From Candidatus Omnitrophota bacterium (lineage in GTDB: Bacteria; Omnitrophota; Gorgyraeia; Duberdicusellales; 4484-171), in assembly GCA_043815185.1 (NCBI GenBank), contig JBDRJF010000024.1, positions 64,533 to 128,532 of the forward strand: 64,000 bases of DNA, written 5' to 3'. This document shows positions 25,930 to 34,721 of this stretch, in pieces. Both the position numbers and the translations under genes were made by a program. Every line of letters begins with the position of its first letter. Positions within the stretch are counted from its first letter, which is position 1. Below the pieces are notes generated by a model. It searched no databases. It was not told where the DNA came from and was given only the letters and a program-made list of their open reading frames with translations.

Positions 25930-26954
25930 GGCTTGTGGGGTTGGATTATTACTTTAAGCGAATCTTCCCCCTTAGCAACAAGACTAAAACCTAGTCCTGC
26001 CTGGGCGAGACTAATTCTATGAGTAATCATCTTACCCACAGGCACTGTGCCACTACGAATCCACTCTATTGCTGCAATGGCATCCTGGGGACTATTGCCG
26101 TAAGAATGCCTAATCGTTATACCGTTACGCCAAAAATCATTAATCGGAACAGCCAGAGCAGCTCCCGGCTCTGTAGGCGCAAAACACAATACAGTGCCTC
26201 CCCGGTCAACAGATTTAAATGCCTGCTCAAAGGCTGACAAGGCCGATGTACAAACGATTACAAGATCAGCAAGCCTATCTTCATTGACCTGACCCAAACG
26301 AACCGGAATATTTTCTTTGGCAGATATTACTGAATCTGCTCCAAATTCCTCTGCCATCTTTAAGCGATATTCGCTTATATCGGTAACGATTATGCGCTCA
26401 GCCCCTGTGGCACGGGCTAATAACAAGTGAATTAGCCCTGAGATACCGCCTCCGAGAATTAATACATGCTGACCAGGCTTTAGGTTAACTTCCCTTTGAC
26501 CTCGCACTACACAGGCTAAAGGTTCAATAAAGGTTGCTTCTTCAAATGATACCTCTTCGGGCAGGAGAAAAGTTCCTCTATCAACATTAATTGCCGGCAG
26601 CCGTATGTACTCGGCAAAACCGCCGGGGAAAAAGTTGGTGGTATGCAGAGTTTGACAAGCAGTATGGTGTCCGTTTAGGCAATAGCGACAAGTATTACAG
26701 GGAACATGGTGGGAAACGCAAACTCTATCCCCTTGTTTAAAGCGAGTGACACCTTCTCCTACTCCGATTACCTCACCAGCAACCTCATGGCCTAAAACAA
26801 GCGGGGCTTTTTTAATCCGGTACCACTGCATGACATCACTGCCGCAAATACCGCTGGCTTGTACCTTTATTAAGAGTTCCCCAACTCCAATTTCTGGCAG
26901 AGGAAACTCCTCTACCCTGATATCATTATTGTTGTAGTACATTGCTACCTTCAT
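25926..26954 (-). CDS. zinc-dependent alcohol/polyol dehydrogenase (MDR family)
   Basis: 342 aa with GHEVAGEV zinc site, a structural-zinc Cys cluster (CNTCRYC) and GGGISG NAD fold. Its stop overlaps the relE stop by 4 nt. Confidence 0.85.
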   Translation of the reverse strand: MKVAMYYNNNDIRVEEFPLPEIGVGELLIKVQASGICGSDVMQWYRIKKAPLVLGHEVAGEVIGVGEGVTRFKQGDRVCVSHHVPCNTCRYCLNGHHTACQTLHTTNFFPGGFAEYIRLPAINVDRGTFLLPEEVSFEEATFIEPLACVVRGQREVNLKPGQHVLILGGGISGLIHLLLARATGAERIIVTDISEYRLKMAEEFGADSVISAKENIPVRLGQVNEDRLADLVIVCTSALSAFEQAFKSVDRGGTVLCFAPTEPGAALAVPINDFWRNGITIRHSYGNSPQDAIAAIEWIRSGTVPVGKMITHRISLAQAGLGFSLVAKGEDSLKVIIQPHKP

Positions 26955-26983
26955 CTTAACCCCTTAGTGCTGATAAACTCCTT

Positions 26984-27772
26984 TTAGCTATTTTTAATCT
27001 GATTAAATAATTCCTGGGCTTCCTTAACCGTAGCTCCTTGGTGGATAATAGCTTGCAAACTCTTAGCCATGGCCACCGGATGAATATTCTGCCAAACATT
27101 TCGGCCTAAGTTTATGCCGATAGCTCCTTTCTGCATACCATCGTAAACAAATTCAAAAACCTCCAGTTCATTTTTACACTTTGGCCCACCGGCCATAACC
27201 ACCGGAACCGGGCAGCCATTCACAACTTTATCAAAATCTTCACACCAATAGGTCTTAACTATTCGCGCACCCAACTCAGCAGCAATGCGGCAGCATAAAC
27301 CAAGGTAACGGGCATCCCGTTTGGCTAACTCCTTACCCACAGCAGTAACTGCCATAACCGGAATCCCATACCTCTCGCATTGATTCACAAGATTGGCAAG
27401 ATTTAGCAGAGTTTGACGTTCATAGTCGCTACCGATAAAAATCGAAATTCCTACCGCAGCAGCATTAAGCCGGATAACCTCCTCTAGGGAAGTAGTGATC
27501 TCCTCATTAGCTAAATCTTTGCCGACTATGCTTGTACCTCCGGATACCCTGAGAATAATCGGTTTAGCATTATCAGGATCGACGGCTGAACGTAATACTC
27601 CCCGGGTCACAAACAGGGCATCACAAAAAGGGAGAAGGGGTTTAATTGTCTCCCCGGGTTTTTCCAAACAGCGGGTCGGTCCCTGAAAATAACCGTGGTC
27701 TATCGGTAAGTAAAAACAGTGACCATCGGGTTTGATAACTTGATTAAGCCGGTTTTTCATTCCCCAATCCAT
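26984..27772 (-). CDS. class I aldolase, DhnA/FbaB/LsrF family
   Basis: 262 aa with PIDHGYFQGP near the N-terminus and an IVKTYW Schiff-base lysine region. GAGGAGGTG SD. Confidence 0.75.
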   Translation of the reverse strand: MDWGMKNRLNQVIKPDGHCFYLPIDHGYFQGPTRCLEKPGETIKPLLPFCDALFVTRGVLRSAVDPDNAKPIILRVSGGTSIVGKDLANEEITTSLEEVIRLNAAAVGISIFIGSDYERQTLLNLANLVNQCERYGIPVMAVTAVGKELAKRDARYLGLCCRIAAELGARIVKTYWCEDFDKVVNGCPVPVVMAGGPKCKNELEVFEFVYDGMQKGAIGINLGRNVWQNIHPVAMAKSLQAIIHQGATVKEAQELFNQIKNS

Positions 27773-27779
27773 ATTTACA

Positions 27780-27957
27780 CCTCCTCAATGAGACTTACGT
27801 TTTCTAAAAGAAAACGTGTAGCCGAATTGACTCCGACGAGCGTTGTAAAATTATGGAACACCCTCTGGAATTTTTTATAAAAAATTCCGAGGACCAAGTC
27901 CCGGGAATTTTGTGAATTCCTCGGGGGAATTTTACAACATCTTCTGCGAGCCGGAGT
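27780..27957 (-). repeat. structured intercistronic element, repeat family R2 copy A
   Basis: Helices: ACTCCG/CGGAGT (27830..35 with 27952..57); GTTGTAAAATT/AATTTTACAAC (27842..52 with 27928..38); hairpins at 27862..27892, 27900..27925 and 27797..27817. Ends in CCTCCTCAATGA, the complement of the downstream SD. Confidence 0.7.
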
Positions 27958-27967
27958 ATAAATAAAC

Positions 27968-29458
27968 TTATCCATACCAATAATTTACTAACGGTTTTGC
28001 ATCTTGGGTAGTGTCTACCACAATATTTTTAAGATGGGTATATTCTAATAAACCTTGATCACCCAATTCTTTACCAAACCCGCTTTGCTTAAACCCACCA
28101 TAAGTGAGCTGATTAAAAAACATACCATAAGTATTAATCCAAATTGTTCCGGCATTAATTTTTGTAGCTATATTTTTGGCTTTTTCAATGTCTTGCGTCC
28201 AAATACAGCCGGCAAGAGCAAAATCACTTTTATTGGCTAAGGCAATCGCTTCTTCCACCGTTGAAAACTTACTGACACAAACTATCGGCCCAAAAATTTC
28301 TTCTTGAAAAATTGGCTCCTGAGGCGAAACTTCGGCAAACACTGTAGGTTCAAAAAAGAATCCTTTTTTTAATTCATTTTGCAAAGGGATCTTACCTCCT
28401 GCCAATAACTTCACACCACGAGCCTTGGCCTTCTTTACATAATTAATAACTTTTTCTCTTTGCCATGGTGAAGCCAAGGGGCCCATTTGAGTCTCAAAGT
28501 CCAGGCCGTTACCTAGCTTAATCCGTTTGACTTTATCAAGGAAATTTTTGATAAATTGATTATAAATACTCTCCTGCACTAAAATTCTTGACATTGCTGT
28601 GCACATCTGTCCCTGGTTTAAAAATATAGAACACAGCGAACCATTTACCGCTAGCTCTAGATCGGCATCTTTCAAAATAATACTGGCAGATTTTCCCCCT
28701 AGCTCCATAATCAACTTCTTTACATTCTTAGATGAATACTCTAAAATCTTTTTCCCGACAATATTTGATCCGGTAAATGAAATCATATCTACTCGTTTAT
28801 CGGAACATAACGGCTTACCTACCCCCTCTCCTGTGCCAGAAATGATATTCACTACCCCCTTAGGCAAACCTGATTGGCCAATAATCCGGGCTAATTCCAA
28901 AACGGTAAGAGGAGTTAAGCTTGCGGGCTTTAAAATAACTGTATTTCCGGCTGCTAAACCTTGTGCCAGTTTCCAAGAAGCAATCAAAAGCGGATAGTTC
29001 CAGGGGACGATTAAACCTACTACTCCTCTTGCCTGAGGCAAGAGCTGAGCTTCTGCGGAGGAGCTTTGAAACTGCACCCTTAAAGTTTTGGCTTTTAAGA
29101 TTCTCTCCAGGTTATTACCAAAATATTTAAAAGTTTCAGCAGCAGAAGGTATATCCATAAAAGTTGATTCCTTAAGCGGCTTGCCGGTATTTAAAGTCTC
29201 CATTTCCGCCAGCTCAGCAGCTTTATCTAATATCCCTTTAGATATCTTAAGAAGAAATTCTTTCCTTTGAGTTAAGGAGATATCAGGCCAAGGCCCTTGA
29301 TCAAAAGCAGATCGCGCAGCTTCGATTGCTAAATTTACATCTTCTCGGGAAGCCAAACTAACCTCGGCTATAATTTCTCCGCTGGCAGGATTAATTATCT
29401 TATTTTTCAATTTCGAATCCCTAAATTCTCCGTTGATCCATAGACTATAGGTCTTCAT
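27968..29458 (-). CDS. NAD(P)-dependent aldehyde dehydrogenase
   Basis: 496 aa with a catalytic Glu block (MELGGKSA) and a Cys block (GQMCTAMSR). Confidence 0.9.
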   Translation of the reverse strand: MKTYSLWINGEFRDSKLKNKIINPASGEIIAEVSLASREDVNLAIEAARSAFDQGPWPDISLTQRKEFLLKISKGILDKAAELAEMETLNTGKPLKESTFMDIPSAAETFKYFGNNLERILKAKTLRVQFQSSSAEAQLLPQARGVVGLIVPWNYPLLIASWKLAQGLAAGNTVILKPASLTPLTVLELARIIGQSGLPKGVVNIISGTGEGVGKPLCSDKRVDMISFTGSNIVGKKILEYSSKNVKKLIMELGGKSASIILKDADLELAVNGSLCSIFLNQGQMCTAMSRILVQESIYNQFIKNFLDKVKRIKLGNGLDFETQMGPLASPWQREKVINYVKKAKARGVKLLAGGKIPLQNELKKGFFFEPTVFAEVSPQEPIFQEEIFGPIVCVSKFSTVEEAIALANKSDFALAGCIWTQDIEKAKNIATKINAGTIWINTYGMFFNQLTYGGFKQSGFGKELGDQGLLEYTHLKNIVVDTTQDAKPLVNYWYG

Positions 29459-30462
29459 TTTGTTTTAACCTGTTTAAATAACTCAAATAAACGTTTAAAC
29501 GGCACATACCAGCGAGACAGCTGCCCTAACTGACCGTTTAGCTTCATTTTTCCTTGAGTAACAGCTACAAAGGGGTCTAACTTTCCCAGAAAAACTAACT
29601 CCCAAATGTCCTCTGAAGCTGAAATTATAAAAGGTGCATTATGATCAAATTCTAATTTTTTTATCTTCCCTTTTTCAAAAATAAATCTATAAGATTTGTT
29701 GTCTTCATTTAGGCTTATGGCTAACTCTAGAGTTAAATCTAATTCTTGGCCTTTTTTACTAATAAATTCATCTTTATTAATCAAATCTACAATTGCCTCT
29801 ATATGTTCCCTGGAAAACATCTTGTAAACATTAGTTTTTTGGGTTAAGTCTTGTTTTAAGGCTATATCTAAATCATCTAAAACTGCCTTATCAAATAATC
29901 TGGCAACACTAGCAACTTTTACTGCCTCTTCTAGGGTTTCGATTAAATCAAAGCTCTCTTTAAAGTTTTGGCCAATACTAACTACACCATGATTTTTAAT
30001 TACTACCAGGTTATTTGCCTTTAAGGCTTCGATTACTAATTCTGGTTTGGTTATGCTGGGAGTCTCCTGCAAAACAACACCCAGATCCCCTAGATAAACT
30101 TGGGATTCAAAGGTTAGGTTCTTAAGCTCAGAACATACAGAAAAATAGCCATTTACTAAAGGCGGGTGGCAATGGATTATTGTATTGGTTTTAAAACTCT
30201 CATAAATTAATCTATGCACAGGAAATTCCGTACTCAGACGATTATTTCTTAAATCTTTTTCGTTCCGAAGATTAATTTTAATTATAGCTTCGGGTTTTAA
30301 TTGGCCCAGAGATGCTCCGGTAGCAGTAATAAGAATATTATTTTTGTCTAATCGGGCGCTTAAATTTCCCGAATTAGCAACTACTAAATGTCCATCTTGC
30401 AACTTCTTGCCAATAGCAATTATTTTCTGCTTTAATTGTCCCGCTCGGCTCAATATCATCAT
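29455..30462 (-). CDS. class II aldolase/adducin-family protein fused to a C-terminal SCP2 domain
   Basis: 335 aa. The N-terminal ~200 aa carry HCHPP and IKNHGVVSIG motifs. The C-terminal ~110 aa show an SCP2 pattern (GKLDPFVAVTQGKMKLNGQLGQL). Confidence 0.75.
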   Translation of the reverse strand: MMILSRAGQLKQKIIAIGKKLQDGHLVVANSGNLSARLDKNNILITATGASLGQLKPEAIIKINLRNEKDLRNNRLSTEFPVHRLIYESFKTNTIIHCHPPLVNGYFSVCSELKNLTFESQVYLGDLGVVLQETPSITKPELVIEALKANNLVVIKNHGVVSIGQNFKESFDLIETLEEAVKVASVARLFDKAVLDDLDIALKQDLTQKTNVYKMFSREHIEAIVDLINKDEFISKKGQELDLTLELAISLNEDNKSYRFIFEKGKIKKLEFDHNAPFIISASEDIWELVFLGKLDPFVAVTQGKMKLNGQLGQLSRWYVPFKRLFELFKQVKTK

Positions 30463-31409
30463 CTTACCTCTAAGTATATATGCTTAGTAATAAACTTACT
30501 AGGAGTAATATCAAAGGCCGGATAATAAGCTTTTGAACCTTTGGGAGCAAGACCCAACCCCTGATAAACCAGAAGTTCCTTATCCGGCCTTATCTCAATC
30601 TTTATATCCTTTCCGGTTTTTGCACCGGATAGTGGAGCACAAAGCACATAAAAAGGAATTTTAAAGTATTTAGCTATTAGGGCTATCTGATAAGTCCCAA
30701 CTTTATTAGCAATGTCTCCATTTTGAGCCAAATTATCTGAACCAACTATGACTTTATTGATTTTACCTTCTTCCATTACCTGGGCAACCATATTATCAGT
30801 TATTACTGTAACATCAAAGCCTCCAAGCATAAGCTCCCAGGCAGTAAGCCTTGAGCCTTGTAAATAAGGCCGGGTCTCAGTAACAAAAAAACTTATCTTT
30901 TTACCCTTAGCCCGGGCAAAAGCAGCTATCAGAGGCAAGAGACCGCTAACATTACAGTGAGTAAGAATTACATCGCCGCCTTTAACTAACTTAAAGGCTT
31001 GTTTTGCTTGTTTAACCCGGGAATTTTTTAGCATCTCTAAAAAACCTAATATGGCCCTTTCTAGGGGCATACCTGCTTTATGCCAACCCAAAACCATATT
31101 AGTCAAATACTTGAATGAAAGAGTAGGCCGAGTTGAATTTATTGCTTTAGCAACCTTAACTAATACAGGAAGAAGATTCTTCTTATTTCTATTATTCCTG
31201 ATAACCATAAGAAAGGTATACATAACCAATATGACCTGTCCCACAGCCCGGGTTTTCATCTGGCTTATTGCCAAGCAAGCTTGTAAATAGTTTTTAGCCT
31301 TTATGTATTTCTCTTTATGCGGTAATAAAGTCTCATCAAGTATATGAATCACATTACCGGTTAATTTAATCGGCCAGAAAAGGGGTGAAAATTTAATATT
31401 TTTTCCCAT
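30459..31409 (-). CDS. eIF-2B alpha/beta/delta-family sugar-phosphate isomerase (MtnA / 5-deoxyribose-1-P isomerase-like)
   Basis: 316 aa with the family signature GSDNLAQNGDIANKVGTYQIALIAKYFKIPFYV. Confidence 0.75.
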   Translation of the reverse strand: MGKNIKFSPLFWPIKLTGNVIHILDETLLPHKEKYIKAKNYLQACLAISQMKTRAVGQVILVMYTFLMVIRNNRNKKNLLPVLVKVAKAINSTRPTLSFKYLTNMVLGWHKAGMPLERAILGFLEMLKNSRVKQAKQAFKLVKGGDVILTHCNVSGLLPLIAAFARAKGKKISFFVTETRPYLQGSRLTAWELMLGGFDVTVITDNMVAQVMEEGKINKVIVGSDNLAQNGDIANKVGTYQIALIAKYFKIPFYVLCAPLSGAKTGKDIKIEIRPDKELLVYQGLGLAPKGSKAYYPAFDITPSKFITKHIYLEVR

Positions 31410-31410
31410 T

Positions 31411-32295
31411 TTAAAACAGCGTTGTGAAGTTCTTATAAATAATCTTTTCTTTTACCTCAAGACCAAATTCATCTAAGGCCTTAAGATTACTCTCTAGATC
31501 AGCATTAACTGGATAGTCCGAGCCCCAAAGAATATGGTCTTGGCCAAATAAATCTAAAGCCAATTTAATATTGCCGAAAGATGCCCCGGATGTATCTACA
31601 TATACTTCTTGTAAAATCTGAGAAGGCAACCTGCCTAAATCTTTGACTATCTCTCTTTTACGTAACATTGTATAAACTCGATCAAACCTATCCTTCAAGA
31701 AAGGAACAACCCCGCCTAAAGATGCCAGAAGAAACTTGACCTTAAACTTATCCAGCACCCCCTGCATCATCAGAAGCCCTAGAAAAATAGAGGTATCAAA
31801 ACTATATTCTAAGACCGGCGTAAGCAAGGGGTCTTTTACGCGACTATAGCCAATAGGATTAATTGTTTGCGAATGAACAAAGATTGGTAAGTTGTGCTTT
31901 TCGGCTGCTTCAAATAAGGGGAAAAGTTTATCAACTATAAACTTGCCACTATAACTTGAAGCCAGATTTATTGCTCGAAACCCTCTGTTCTTTAATTCAG
32001 CTAACTCTGAGGAGATATTGTTTAAGTTCTCTACATCAACCAGACAAGTTGCAATTATCTTGGAATTCTCCTTTAAAATCTTCTCTAATTCCCTATTGTA
32101 AATTTCACTGACCCTTTTAAAGCCACCTAATTTAAGGTGAGCATCAGTAGAAGGATAAACCAAAAGAGCCTTATCAATGTTGTTACTATCTAAGAACTCA
32201 TAAAGCTTATCCTTATTGGCCCATATGCCCTTATAAAAGGTAGTGTGCTCTGAGAGCTCCTGGGGGATAAAATGAATATGGCTATCGCATAGCAT
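31411..32295 (-). CDS. amidohydrolase-2 (metal-dependent hydrolase/decarboxylase) family protein
   Basis: 294 aa with an N-terminal DSHIH metal motif and TIM-barrel-like length. No SD seen. Confidence 0.7.
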   Translation of the reverse strand: MLCDSHIHFIPQELSEHTTFYKGIWANKDKLYEFLDSNNIDKALLVYPSTDAHLKLGGFKRVSEIYNRELEKILKENSKIIATCLVDVENLNNISSELAELKNRGFRAINLASSYSGKFIVDKLFPLFEAAEKHNLPIFVHSQTINPIGYSRVKDPLLTPVLEYSFDTSIFLGLLMMQGVLDKFKVKFLLASLGGVVPFLKDRFDRVYTMLRKREIVKDLGRLPSQILQEVYVDTSGASFGNIKLALDLFGQDHILWGSDYPVNADLESNLKALDEFGLEVKEKIIYKNFTTLF

Positions 32296-32421
32296 AGTTT
32301 TAAAAAATTCGAAATTCTAAATCCGAAGCACGAAACAAACTCGAAATCCTAATTTTCAAAATATTAATTTCTCTATTGATGTTTCTTTTTTCGAATTTCG
32401 ATATTCGGATTTCGTATTTAT
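32296..32421 (-). other. 126-nt intercistronic spacer packed with CGAAAT/ATTTCG motifs
   Basis: About eight copies of (T)TCGAAAT / CGGATTTCG-type words in both orientations. Complementary blocks occur in X-Y...X'-Y' order. Confidence 0.4.
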
Positions 32422-33882
32422 CTATATGTGCTTTTCTCCCTTAACAGCACCTTCTTCCCATTTGCTTACCCCGCGCATTACGTCTTGAAAGCATAATTTT
32501 GCTAAAGGGTCAAAGTTACTAGTCATAATTCTCTGGATTCGCCCGGGTTTTGAGAAGAACTCTCGCATGCACCAAGCGCCTAATCTTCCGTAATCCTCCA
32601 AGGTGAGATGTTCTGTGGCCATTACCGGGTGTAAGAAATCCCACTTAAGAAAATCTATTTTTTTAGGATCAATCTCACCCTTCTTTATCCTCTGCCTCCA
32701 AATTGGAGAGTTCGGCGCCGGAGTAACATAGCCTACCCACAAAATATCCGGGTCAACCTGATCAGTAAATTCAAATCTCTGCTTTATGATAGCTTCGGTA
32801 TCATCATCAAAACCCATCATAATATCAGCAACAATAGCAATATTGTTCTTTCGCAAGATTTCAATGGTCTTTTTTATCTGTTCGATGGTTATTCCTTTAG
32901 CAATCTTCTTTAACTCTGAAGCAGTAGTAACTTCTATACCGAATACGCCGGTAAATAACCCGGACTCTTTCATCAAAGGCAGAATTTCCTCACAATTGGT
33001 CCAATCAATTGCCCGGCCTAAGGAAACCCACTTAATCGGGTTCTTTTTCTCCAGCTTCATCCGGCAGAATTTCTCTACCCGCTTAGGATCAACATTAAAA
33101 TTATCATCCTGGATTACTACTACCTTTACTCCGTATTCACGATAAAGTAATTCTAACTCCTCAATTACCCTCTCCGGAGATTTCGCCCGCCACTTTAGGA
33201 AATCCTCAGGATGCCGGGGGTCATATTGATCCCACTCATAACAAAAGGTGCAAGCCGAAGGGCAACCCCGGGAAGTTACCATTTCAACAAACGGCTTCCA
33301 ATGAGTGTGACCGACATACTTGTCCATGGGGAATAAATTATAAGCCGGAAGCGGTAATTTATCTAAATCTCTATTGAGGGCCCGGTGGGGGCCCATAACA
33401 GCTTTACCGTCTATACGCGAACTTACCCCGGCAATATCTCTGATGTCTTTTAATTGATCGATAGCTTCAATCAAATCATAGAATGCCTCCTCCTCGCCCA
33501 TAACTACATAGTCAATTGCCGGGTTACTCTCTAAAGTAAAAACTGGCATTGAAGAATACCACAAGCCCCCGACGATTATCTTTGTATTAGGAAGAGCTTG
33601 TTTTATTAATTTTGCCGCTTGATTAAAATAATGAAGAATAGCAAAGCCTCCGTAAGAGTGAAGAATATCACCGATAGTAACCACATCGGGATTCTTTTCT
33701 TTTACCTTGGCAACCAGCTCATCCATCTCTATCTCTAAGGCCTTACAATCTAAGACTTCTAATTCTTTATAACCCTTTTCGCGAATGTAGGCTGCCCATT
33801 GAGCATAAAGCTGATTGGGCCCAAGGTGTTTACCATGAGTTGCCCAAGCTCCCAACTTTGGCGTCACAAACAAAACTTTCAT
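32422..33882 (-). CDS. B12-binding domain radical SAM protein (class B)
   Basis: 486 aa with an N-terminal Rossmann-like B12-binding region and the CxxxCxxC motif CPSACTFC. Confidence 0.85.
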   Translation of the reverse strand: MKVLFVTPKLGAWATHGKHLGPNQLYAQWAAYIREKGYKELEVLDCKALEIEMDELVAKVKEKNPDVVTIGDILHSYGGFAILHYFNQAAKLIKQALPNTKIIVGGLWYSSMPVFTLESNPAIDYVVMGEEEAFYDLIEAIDQLKDIRDIAGVSSRIDGKAVMGPHRALNRDLDKLPLPAYNLFPMDKYVGHTHWKPFVEMVTSRGCPSACTFCYEWDQYDPRHPEDFLKWRAKSPERVIEELELLYREYGVKVVVIQDDNFNVDPKRVEKFCRMKLEKKNPIKWVSLGRAIDWTNCEEILPLMKESGLFTGVFGIEVTTASELKKIAKGITIEQIKKTIEILRKNNIAIVADIMMGFDDDTEAIIKQRFEFTDQVDPDILWVGYVTPAPNSPIWRQRIKKGEIDPKKIDFLKWDFLHPVMATEHLTLEDYGRLGAWCMREFFSKPGRIQRIMTSNFDPLAKLCFQDVMRGVSKWEEGAVKGEKHI

Positions 33883-33912
33883 TATCCTATCCTCCTTGCC
33901 TAAATTATTAAA

Positions 33913-34707
33913 CTATTTTTTGGGATGATCTTGTTGAAACGGTATAACCGGCTTTTTCCAAGGTGTTTGCTGATTTATTACTGCCAATTCTAAAAGGCAA
34001 GTATTTTTGCTCTGGGTAAGAGCAAATAAAACTGCATCAGCTACTGCCTCAGGATCCATTAATCTTCCCTGCTCTTCTGATATATCCTTTAACTTACCAG
34101 TTAAGGGAGTTTTGGTCACTCCCGGGAATATGGAAGTAATTTTAATCCCAAAATCCCGCATCTCCCAAAATAATCCCTTAGCAAAAGCTCGTAAAGCCAC
34201 TTTCAACGAAGTATAAACTATAAAATTCCGCGGTGGAGGGTCAACCATAACTGAACCACTGGTAATATTTACAATCTGTCCTCCTCCGGCTTCCTTCATC
34301 GGGTTGACAACCAGACGGGCGAGCATAACATAGCTGTAGTAATTTGTATAGATGATTTTCTCAACATCCTCTACCGGCTGTTGCCAAAAAGGGTGTTGGC
34401 TGGAAACACCGGCTCCATTAACCAAAATATCGATTCTTTTAAACTTCTCTAAGGTTTTGTTGACTAAATTCTCTAAATCCTTCTGTTTAGTGACATCACA
34501 CTTAAGGCAAAGCACTTTATCCTTATCAGGAAGCGTTTCTTTTAACTCCTGAAGAACTTCTTCTCTTCGGGCAGCCAGAATCAACTTAGCGCCCTCCCCG
34601 GCCAATTTCTTAACTACACTCTTGCCGATTCCGCCGCTTGCCCCGGTTATAACGCATACTTTACCTTCTAACTTAGCCATAGCTCTCCTTTTTAATAAAT
34701 CTATCAC
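33913..34707 (-). CDS. short-chain dehydrogenase/reductase
   Basis: 264 aa with TGASGGIG cofactor motif and YTSLK (YxxxK) catalytic motif. Confidence 0.88.
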   Translation of the reverse strand: MIDLLKRRAMAKLEGKVCVITGASGGIGKSVVKKLAGEGAKLILAARREEVLQELKETLPDKDKVLCLKCDVTKQKDLENLVNKTLEKFKRIDILVNGAGVSSQHPFWQQPVEDVEKIIYTNYYSYVMLARLVVNPMKEAGGGQIVNITSGSVMVDPPPRNFIVYTSLKVALRAFAKGLFWEMRDFGIKITSIFPGVTKTPLTGKLKDISEEQGRLMDPEAVADAVLFALTQSKNTCLLELAVINQQTPWKKPVIPFQQDHPKK

Positions 34708-34721
34708 TAAAAATTAATTCC

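Noticed and set aside
27775-27975. 66-aa minus-strand ORF between the aldehyde dehydrogenase and the class I aldolase genes.
   Set aside because: It exactly overlies the R2 hairpin element. Its peptide is the translation of palindromes, it has no SD, and the homologous R2 copy at 41389..41556 has no equivalent ORF.
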